Below are positions 1-5,155 of a DNA stretch of 5,155 nucleotides, in pieces. Position 1 is the first letter of the stretch; each line of letters opens with the position of its first letter. A program made the position numbers and the translations under genes. Source of the stretch: a virus (Duplodnaviria; Heunggongvirae; Uroviricota; Caudoviricetes); the IMG/VR virus record IMGVR_UViG_2778261499_000005. One strand, 5' to 3'. Below the pieces are notes generated by a model, which worked only from the letters and a program-made list of their open reading frames with translations, was not told where the DNA came from and made no database searches.

Positions 1-187
1 TAAAGTGCATTAGTTCAGATGCAAATTGACATTTTGTGGCACAGGGTAGAGCTAGCGTGGTTGTCCGCTTTGTGCCAGGAGCGGAAGTTGCCAAGAGAAC
101 TCTTGCAAAGGTATGATAACGTAGGTGCTAAATAATCATGAACCATAATAAATTAAAGGTTTTTAAGTTAACTCTATGGCGTTTCTT

Positions 188-216
188 TTGCATGATGATT
201 TTTTATTTATTATATA
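188..216 (+). promoter_or_regulatory. Candidate sigma70 promoter for the AT-rich ORF: TTGCAT (188-193), 17-bp spacer, TATATA (211-216)
   Basis: Hexamers read directly from the sequence with 17-bp spacing; predicted start near 223, about 60 nt upstream of the SD-led ATG at 283. AT-rich DNA gives many chance -10-like hexamers, so this is weak. Confidence 0.3.
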
Positions 217-327
217 AAGCTTAAATATACATAATATTTAGCTTCATTTTTTTAGGTATTTTAAAGATTTAGAGGAATGTGAATGGCTACTTATGCTTCT
301 TATTTACCAGAATAACAAATTATCACT

Positions 328-1626
328 TTGTGCAAGGATTTCCCAGCGTTTACTGATCCTGAAAAATTAGATGGATTCATTAATCCAGAACAGTTTGGCG
401 TGTTTTTTCATGAGTGGATTCATTTTCTTCACAATATTTCCACAATTAATGGGTTTTCTATTTTTTGCACGCAAAACATCCTGTGGTCTAATTTTCGCTG
501 GGCAATGGACAATCAGGATGTATGTCTTGGTTCAAATGACATGGATCCAGCACATATCGAATCAAACAAAAATTTTCTCAGTTACATTCGTTCCAATAGG
601 AGTCTGCATAAATGTAACTTACCTTATTATGTAAAAGTAAACGACTTGTATTTTGAGGATGCAATAATCCATGACATGGAGGTTGCTGACGGTAGTGTTA
701 TATGTACATCATTAATAAAGTGTAGAATTTCTCATTCTGAAAACAAATACGATCTAGATTTAGGCGTGCTTGAAATACTTGAATCCGCAGCTTTTATGCT
801 TGAATGTAAGTGTATTAATGCGATGAATGGCTTCCCTCAAGAGGCACCCTTTTATCCGTATCATACTATCAAGGGCTTAGCAGCGAAAATTGCTCCGTCA
901 TTAAATGATGAAGATATTATTTGTTGTATGTTAGCTTCTTTGCAATCTAATAACCCTCCCCAAGTATTATTCAATCTACTACATAAATGTGAATTATTAC
1001 ATTCTGATTGTAGGTATGAACATCTAGTGGCGGAGGTGAAAAAACAATTAAGCGAACAAGATCAAATAATAAGCGAGTCACTTAATCAAATAATTCAAAT
1101 GATTCCTGTTGATGAACCGATGGGAAACTTTATCAAGCTTACTCTTAACAGAATAAGTAACAATTTGAACTATAGAAAGCAAAAACCGTTTTTTGAGTTA
1201 GATATAATAAAAAAAATAGCAGAAAAAACTGAGTTTATGAATGAAGTAATACAGAAATTCGGTGGTTGCACTATCATCCAGGTAAGACATGGAGATGATA
1301 ATGAACCACAGCGTGATATTATGTATGACTTTTGCTTACCTGAAAATAATGATTCAATTTTATTTGGTTCGAAAATGCTACGCGCTTGTTTTCACTTTAT
1401 ATTTATTCACTTTAAACTTTCTGGTGAAATCATGAAGACAGAAGAATTAAATATTTCGCCGCGTAATAAATGCCCATTTTATACTGTTTGCTGTGCATCA
1501 ATTCGAGCTAATAATAGTAATATCTGCGCTGAATCCCCTTGGAAATCAATGTCTATTGATGACAACAAAGGTTGTTATTATGCAGCAGCGATTAAAGCTA
1601 CTAACCCACCAGTTTTGCCGGATTAA
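328..1626 (+). CDS. Hypothetical 432-aa protein of unknown function; HEWIHFLH (HExxHxxH) at residues 28-35, about 20 Cys; candidate horizontally acquired prophage cargo
   Basis: 1299-nt uninterrupted frame in stop-rich, roughly 30% GC DNA. The start is uncertain: TTG at 328 has no SD, and an in-frame SD-led ATG at 283 is separated from the ORF by a single TAA at 313-315. No family recognised from memory. Confidence 0.8.
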   Translation: MCKDFPAFTDPEKLDGFINPEQFGVFFHEWIHFLHNISTINGFSIFCTQNILWSNFRWAMDNQDVCLGSNDMDPAHIESNKNFLSYIRSNRSLHKCNLPYYVKVNDLYFEDAIIHDMEVADGSVICTSLIKCRISHSENKYDLDLGVLEILESAAFMLECKCINAMNGFPQEAPFYPYHTIKGLAAKIAPSLNDEDIICCMLASLQSNNPPQVLFNLLHKCELLHSDCRYEHLVAEVKKQLSEQDQIISESLNQIIQMIPVDEPMGNFIKLTLNRISNNLNYRKQKPFFELDIIKKIAEKTEFMNEVIQKFGGCTIIQVRHGDDNEPQRDIMYDFCLPENNDSILFGSKMLRACFHFIFIHFKLSGEIMKTEELNISPRNKCPFYTVCCASIRANNSNICAESPWKSMSIDDNKGCYYAAAIKATNPPVLPD

Positions 1627-1871
1627 GAATAGTGTTCTATCTGATAAATATAAAATATTTAAGGTCAGGTCTGCTTATCGCTCAAAGCGGACTAGAAGGT
1701 TAGCTTGCGTCGGACTTGGCGTATTTAAAGAAGTGCTGGTGGTGACTGGTTGTTGTGTTCCATTTCTACAGAACAAAATCACAGAAACTATACCCAATAG
1801 TTATATTGAATCAATGATGAGACAGCCTCATATTTATCAGGACTGGTGTACGTCCAATACAGGAGGTTGTC

Positions 1872-1961
1872 GTGCTGGTTCTCAAATGTGCGCTAGCTAT
1901 TGCGGCTGTAATGGCAATTTATTGTCTTGCTGTTGTTCTTACGGATCGCCTTTCTGATTGA
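1872..1961 (+). CDS. Candidate small membrane peptide, 29 aa (MLVLKCALAIAAVMAIYCLAVVLTDRLSD)
   Basis: AGGAGG (1861-1866) lies 5 nt upstream of GTG 1872. The product is a single hydrophobic helix with a charged tail (TDRLSD); stop TGA at 1959-1961. Too short to appear in the ORF track; no homolog recalled. Confidence 0.3.
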   Translation: MLVLKCALAIAAVMAIYCLAVVLTDRLSD

Positions 1962-1968
1962 TTTTATA

Positions 1969-1997
1969 TTGGCGAGGTGACGTGAGTTAAGTAGAAT
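1969..1997 (+). promoter_or_regulatory. Candidate hok mRNA promoter: TTGGCG (1969-1974), 17-bp spacer, TAGAAT (1992-1997)
   Basis: Good -10 (TAGAAT) with a TTGnnn -35 at 17-bp spacing. The predicted start near 2004 coincides with the 5' element that is complementary to the region after hok. Confidence 0.4.
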
Positions 1998-2003
1998 TGC
2001 TGC

Positions 2004-2051
2004 GGGTGCTTGAGGCTATCTGCCTCAGGCATGAACACCAAAGGCAGATAG
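2004..2051 (+). promoter_or_regulatory. hok mRNA 5' leader refolding elements (tac/ucb/dcb-like)
   Basis: 2009-2015 (cttgagg) pairs with 2023-2029 (cctcagg) as a 7-bp stem with a 7-nt loop. 2016-2024 (ctatctgcc) is also the exact reverse complement of 2043-2051 (ggcagatag). 2004-2015 is complementary to 2380-2392. These are mutually exclusive pairings, as in the hok mRNA switch. Confidence 0.45.
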
Positions 2052-2059
2052 AGAAAAGC

Positions 2060-2124
2060 CCCAGATAACATTACGCGTCCGGCAAGACGCTTAACATTAA
2101 TCTGAGGCCAATTTCATGCTTTGC
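2060..2124 (-). ncRNA. sok: Candidate Sok-like antisense RNA, antitoxin of the hok locus (extent approximate)
   Basis: In hok/sok loci the antisense RNA covers the mok translation-initiation region. A minus-strand promoter-like pair (TTGCCT at plus 2154-2159, 17-bp spacer, TAACCT at plus 2131-2136) would start transcription near 2124, running across the mok SD (2103-2107) and ATG (2116). No clean minus-strand terminator was found, so the 3' end is a guess. Confidence 0.35.
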
Positions 2125-2328
2125 ACATGTAGGTTAGCCTCTTACGCGCCGGAAGGCAAGGAGAAGCAGGCTATGAAGCAGCAAAAGGCGATGTTAGTCG
2201 CACTGATTGTCATCTGTTTAACCGTCATAGTGACGGCACTGGTAACGAGGAAAGACCTCTGCGAGGTGCGAATCCGAACCGGTCAGACGGAGGTCGCTGT
2301 CTTCACAGCTTACGAACCTGAGGAGTAA
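2116..2328 (+). CDS. mok: mok-like frame (70 codons), in-frame N-terminal extension of hok that couples hok translation
   Basis: ATG 2116 preceded by tGAGG (2103-2107) at 8 nt; it shares frame and stop with hok, as I recall for chromosomal mok/hok pairs. The 70-codon length matches known mok frames. Confidence 0.55.
   Translation: MLCTCRLASYAPEGKEKQAMKQQKAMLVALIVICLTVIVTALVTRKDLCEVRIRTGQTEVAVFTAYEPEE
2173..2328 (+). CDS. hok: Hok/Gef-family type I toxin, 51 aa (HokD/RelF-like)
   Basis: Translation MKQQKAMLVALIVICLTVIVTALVTRKDLCEVRIRTGQTEVAVFTAYEPEE matches the Hok family and is near-identical to E. coli HokD/RelF as I remember it. AAGGAG (2158-2163) lies 9 nt upstream of ATG; stop TAA at 2326-2328. 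Confidence 0.93.
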   Translation: MKQQKAMLVALIVICLTVIVTALVTRKDLCEVRIRTGQTEVAVFTAYEPEE

Positions 2329-2337
2329 GAGTGACTA

Positions 2338-2392
2338 GGCGAGGGAGAAATCCCTCGCCGCCTCTGATGTGTCAGGCATCCTCAACGCACCC
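2338..2392 (+). promoter_or_regulatory. hok mRNA 3' structures: perfect 9-bp hairpin with GAAA loop (2338-2359) and fbi-like element (2380-2392)
   Basis: ggcgaggga-gaaa-tccctcgcc is a perfect hairpin with no following U-tract. cctcaacgcaccc (2380-2392) pairs with gggtgcttgagg (2004-2015) over 12 bp with one bulged C. Confidence 0.45.
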
Positions 2393-2796
2393 ACACTTAA
2401 CCTGATTCGGCGAGTTTATTTTATCTGTGAATATTTTTATAAAAATAATGCCCATACACAGCAAAAAACAAAAAGTATTACAGATAAAAAAGGAGCGTAA
2501 TGTGCAGATTTGTTGTTTTCCATATTTACTCACCTTAATATGATTAATCCTGATAGGATTGTTATTTCAGCGGTTTTCAAATGAGATATTATGGTGATCT
2601 GACAAATTTGCATAACATTAAAATTTAATTTGTTTAACCGCTTTTAATAATAAGCGTTGTTTGTATCCCAGCAATCTGTTGTTTGGTTTTTATTCCATTA
2701 AGGTGGGGGCTTTACACTGGAACCAGTTTATTTATACTTTATACGTCAGCCTGAACAACTGGCATCTGCTGCACTGCGCCATCGAGAGATTGAGAA

Positions 2797-3396
2797 ATGG
2801 CGCATATACAACTGGTCAAACAAACTTCTTCTGGTTTACTTCTCCCGGCGACGCCGGAGAGTTGCGATTTTCTGCATCAAATCAAAATAGGTGAGTGGAT
2901 ACACGCAGACTTTAAGCGTGTGCGTAACTACGCATTCCACAAGCGTTTTTTCAAACTCCTGCAACTGGGATTCGATTACTGGACTCCGGTCGGTGGGGCG
3001 ATCACGCCTCGCGAACGAGAACTGCTGTCTGGTTTCGTTGATTACCTGTGCGAATCAGTTGGTCGGGAACACACGCCAGCCCTGAGTGATGCCGCAGAGC
3101 AATACCTTAACACCGTTGCGACTCGTAGAACCCGGGATACGGCGTTGCTAAAGTCGTTTGAGGCTTTCCGCGAGTGGGTAACCATTCAGGCCGGATTTTA
3201 CACCGAGCATATTTATCCGGACGGTAGCCGTGGGCGTCGGGCAAAATCCATCGCTTTTGCGAATATGGACGAAGTCGAGTTTCAGCAGGTTTATAAATCT
3301 GTACTGAATGTGTTGTGGAACTGGATTCTGTTCCGTAAATTCTCCTCTCAGGAGGAAGTTGAAAATGTGGCCGCACAACTACTGGAGTTTGCGTAA
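2797..3396 (+). CDS. Prophage protein of unknown function, 199 aa (DUF1367-like, from memory)
   Basis: 600-nt ORF at about 50% GC; its stop overlaps the next gene's ATG (TAATG at 3394-3398). A roughly 200-aa protein directly upstream of a DUF1364 gene and Q matches the arrangement I recall in lambdoid prophages. Confidence 0.8.
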   Translation: MAHIQLVKQTSSGLLLPATPESCDFLHQIKIGEWIHADFKRVRNYAFHKRFFKLLQLGFDYWTPVGGAITPRERELLSGFVDYLCESVGREHTPALSDAAEQYLNTVATRRTRDTALLKSFEAFREWVTIQAGFYTEHIYPDGSRGRRAKSIAFANMDEVEFQQVYKSVLNVLWNWILFRKFSSQEEVENVAAQLLEFA

Positions 3397-3686
3397 TGGT
3401 GAATTTACGTAAAGCGGCTAAAGGCCAGATGTGCCAGATCAGAATCCCTGGCTACTGCAATCACAATCCCGAAACCTCTGTGCTGGCGCATTACAGGCTG
3501 GCGGGGACGTGCGGAACAGCGACAAAACCACACGATATGCAGGCGGCGATAGCCTGTAGCTCATGCCACGATCTAATCGACGGGCGGGTAAAAACCAGCG
3601 ATTACACCAAAGAAGAATTGCGCCTGATGCATGCTGAAGGGGTTTTTCGCACACAAGAAATCTGGAGAAAGAAAGGTCATTTATGA
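3396..3686 (+). CDS. DUF1364 family prophage protein, 96 aa (YbcO-like)
   Basis: Translation MVNLRKAAKGQMCQIRIPGYCNHNPETSVLAH... resembles E. coli DLP12 YbcO (96 aa) in length, Cys pattern and the CQxRIPG motif. GGAG (3384-3387) lies 8 nt upstream; ATGA overlap with the Q start at 3683-3686. Confidence 0.85.
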   Translation: MVNLRKAAKGQMCQIRIPGYCNHNPETSVLAHYRLAGTCGTATKPHDMQAAIACSSCHDLIDGRVKTSDYTKEELRLMHAEGVFRTQEIWRKKGHL

Positions 3687-4225
3687 TTTACCCAACGAAT
3701 ACAGGAAAAAGCGGAGAACACCTTCGCCTCACCACGCTGGAAAGTGTCTGGATTCAGGGAAAACTACGTATGTGGGGGCGCTGGTCGTATATTGGCGGTG
3801 GCAGGTCAGGGAATATGTTCAATCAGTTGTTGGCATCCAAAAAACTGACGAAAACAGCCATTAATGAAGCCCTGCGCAGAATGAAAAAAGCGGGAATAGA
3901 GAAAGCTGAGCTGGAAGCGTTTTTGCGAGAGATGATCAACGGCAAGCAAAAGAGCTGGCTGGCGCATTGTACTGATGCAGAGGCGTTATGTATTGATCGA
4001 GTCATAAGTGAGGTGCTGGCAGAGCATCCAGGATTGATTTGCATTCTCCGGCAACGCTATGAAGGGCGGGGGATGACTAAGCGCAAAATGGCTGAATTGC
4101 TAAATGATGCACACCCAGAGTGGTGTTTTAGCACATGCGAAAAACGGATTGCTAATTGGTTAGCTGTTGCTGAGTATGCCCTATATATTCCCATGCGTGA
4201 ATCATTTGCTGAGAAAATGGCTTGA
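3683..4225 (+). CDS. Antitermination protein Q-like late-gene regulator, 180 aa
   Basis: Contains LRMWGRW, resembling the L-x-x-WG-x-W motif I recall in Q-family antiterminators such as QuuD. It is the last gene of the DUF1367-DUF1364 operon and is followed within about 80 nt by an intrinsic terminator. AAAGG (3672-3676) lies 6 nt upstream of ATG. Confidence 0.65.
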   Translation: MIYPTNTGKSGEHLRLTTLESVWIQGKLRMWGRWSYIGGGRSGNMFNQLLASKKLTKTAINEALRRMKKAGIEKAELEAFLREMINGKQKSWLAHCTDAEALCIDRVISEVLAEHPGLICILRQRYEGRGMTKRKMAELLNDAHPEWCFSTCEKRIANWLAVAEYALYIPMRESFAEKMA

Positions 4226-4303
4226 TTTCTTACGTATAAACTGCTTCAATTTTGCTATGCTTCGCAAAGCTGTATCGCGAGGCGGATTGCAGACATGGAC
4301 ATC
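4226..4303 (+). promoter_or_regulatory. Candidate Q-dependent late promoter and Q-utilisation region (position only; hexamers unresolved)
   Basis: Sits between the Q stop and the terminator, where lambdoid phages carry the late promoter and qut site. TATAAA at 4235-4240 is a possible -10, but no well-spaced -35 was found. Confidence 0.25.
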
Positions 4304-4305
4304 GT

Positions 4306-4332
4306 AAAAAAACCGCTTAATGCGGTTTTTTT
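4306..4332 (+). terminator. Symmetric, potentially bidirectional intrinsic terminator (tR-prime-like)
   Basis: aaaaaaa-ccgc-ttaat-gcgg-ttttttt: a 4-bp GC stem (4313-4316 / 4322-4325) with a 5-nt loop, flanked by a 7-A run (4306-4312) and a 7-T run (4326-4332) that extend the stem. Confidence 0.6.
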
Positions 4333-4369
4333 ACGTCAGGAAAGCAGGGGAGAATGCTGCTAGTTGGGC

Positions 4370-4408
4370 AACTGGTCTTTCTGCTCCAAATTATAACAGA
4401 GACCAGTT
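4370..4408. repeat. Perfect 9-bp inverted repeat, aactggtct (4370-4378) / agaccagtt (4400-4408), with a 21-nt spacer
   Basis: Exact reverse complements read from the sequence. An 8-T run follows at 4425-4432. Function unknown: RNA hairpin or protein-binding site. Confidence 0.5.
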
Positions 4409-4652
4409 ATAGTTTCGGTGCTGTGTTTTTTTTACAATATTGTGATAACACATTGCTGGCGGGAGTTTTGATATTTCTTGGCAGGGGCTGATGATGCGTT
4501 ATCCTGATGTCGTCAACTCATATAAAATGAGATGAGAGATCATTGCAGGGTGGTTTGTAATTCGCTGTTTAGCGGGACAATATGTTGTCTGATACAAGAC
4601 ACCCGACGCCTCAGATTACTATAATAAAGACGAAGCATCCTTTGTATTGACC

Positions 4653-4678
4653 AACCGCCTGTTTAGGCGGTTCTTTTT
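4653..4678 (+). terminator. Rho-independent terminator
   Basis: aaccgcc (4653-4659), loop tgttta, ggcggtt (4666-4672), then cTTTTT (4673-4678). The GC-rich 5-bp core is extended by two A-T pairs; only the plus strand has the trailing U-tract. Confidence 0.5.
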
Positions 4679-5029
4679 GGGCTGGTTTATTGTATGCCAA
4701 ATGATTATTAAAAAGGTTGTGTTAATAACAAAATCCGAAATAATATGCCTGCATATTTTTATCTTGCTTATATTCTGCATATTGTGCATAGCAGGCTCAT
4801 CCCTGCAATCAAAACTGTATGATGAGTATTTTTTGTTTTCCTTTTTTCCAGTCATCTGATGATGACCTGCTTCTTTTTAATCCGGATCGACATCAGTTTT
4901 TTAAGATAATTCCTGCGAGTTATATGCATAAATACCACAAACTCCGCATTTTATGTGGTTGGGAGTTGCCGGGCGCGCAGTGAGTTTGCTAAGAAAACTC
5001 CTGCATGGTGAATCCCCCTGTGCGGTGGG

Positions 5030-5068
5030 GTGATACCATTAACCTTTTCTGTCGCCGACAGGTATCAC
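5030..5068. repeat. Perfect 8-bp inverted repeat, gtgatacc (5030-5037) / ggtatcac (5061-5068), with a 23-nt spacer; candidate operator or RNA structure upstream of the gene starting at 5102
   Basis: Exact reverse complements read from the sequence; located 34 nt upstream of the SD-led ATG at 5102. Confidence 0.45.
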
Positions 5069-5101
5069 GAACATTTTGTTCACCGGGAGGCACCCGGCAC
5101 C

Positions 5102-5155
5102 ATGCACTTCAATAGATTCTCTCCACATTATGGATATTCTTTCAGAATATCCCAC
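5102..5155 (+). CDS. Possible 5' end of a gene running off the window (MHFNRFSPHYGYSFRISH...)
   Basis: GGGAGG (5085-5090) lies 11 nt upstream of ATG 5102; the frame stays open to the window edge. Only 18 codons are visible, so this is weak. Confidence 0.25.
   Translation, partial: MHFNRFSPHYGYSFRISH

Noticed and set aside
26-31. Perfect TTGACA -35 hexamer near the left edge
   Set aside because: No acceptable -10 at 16-18 bp spacing (gagcta, agagct, agctag).
371-634. 87-aa ORF in an alternative frame inside the 432-codon ORF
   Set aside because: Fully embedded in a much longer, better-supported frame; its Phe/Ile-rich product is a composition artefact of AT-rich DNA.
1366-1373. GGTTCGAA, a tRNA T-loop-like motif
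   Set aside because: It lies inside the long ORF with no surrounding cloverleaf-forming complementarity; chance match.
1493-1957. 154-aa ORF overlapping the 3' end of the long ORF and extending into the intergenic region
   Set aside because: The first third overlaps the long ORF in another frame, and no start with an SD exists after 1626. Only its Cys-rich tail is kept as an alternative reading in the small-ORF finding.
2661-3085. ORFs 2661-2894 and 2891-3085 (plus strand, 77 and 64 aa)
   Set aside because: They overlap the start and body of the DUF1367-like gene in other frames, with no SD.
3107-3378. Two minus-strand ORFs (89 and 76 aa) inside the DUF1367-like gene
   Set aside because: Antisense to a well-supported gene; typical shadow ORFs in roughly 50% GC coding DNA.
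3439-4044. ORFs 3439-3654 (minus), 3631-3864 (plus) and 3823-4044 (minus)
   Set aside because: All overlap the DUF1364 and Q genes in alternative frames or antisense, without independent start signals.
4619-4859. Overlapping 78-aa (minus) and 70-aa (plus) ORFs in the AT-rich stretch
   Set aside because: They overlap each other on opposite strands and neither has a credible SD; the plus one starts at a TTG inside the terminator hairpin. The plus frame is hydrophobic enough to recall a holin, so it deserves a look only if expression data support it.
1-5155. Search for CRISPR repeats, IS-element terminal inverted repeats, an integrase or att sites, and relBE upstream of hok
   Set aside because: No regularly spaced direct repeats, no transposase-like or integrase-like ORF, and no RelB- or RelE-like coding sequence were seen anywhere in the window.

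Overview
This window looks like the early-right/late-control region of a lambdoid (Qin/DLP12-like) prophage from an E. coli-like enterobacterium. Left to right: (1) a very AT-rich block (about 130-1626, roughly 30% GC by eye) carrying one long 432-codon ORF of unknown function, with an HExxHxxH motif near the N-terminus and about 20 cysteines. It sits where such prophages usually carry toxin-antitoxin or defence cargo, and is my best candidate for an undescribed system. (2) A small SD-led hydrophobic ORF (29 codons). (3) An apparently complete hok/sok-type type I toxin-antitoxin locus: promoter, mutually exclusive 5' and 3' RNA pairings (tac/ucb/fbi-like), mok, hok, and a candidate antisense sok. 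(4) A translationally coupled operon of three prophage genes: DUF1367-like, DUF1364/YbcO-like, and a Q-family antiterminator. (5) Immediately after Q, a short region ending in a symmetric intrinsic terminator, as expected for a Q-dependent late promoter and its terminator. (6) A roughly 750-bp stretch with no convincing long ORF, holding a second terminator, two perfect inverted repeats and the SD-led start of a gene running off the right edge. No rRNA, tRNA, CRISPR array, IS element or integrase is visible. All family assignments are from memory, not from a database search.
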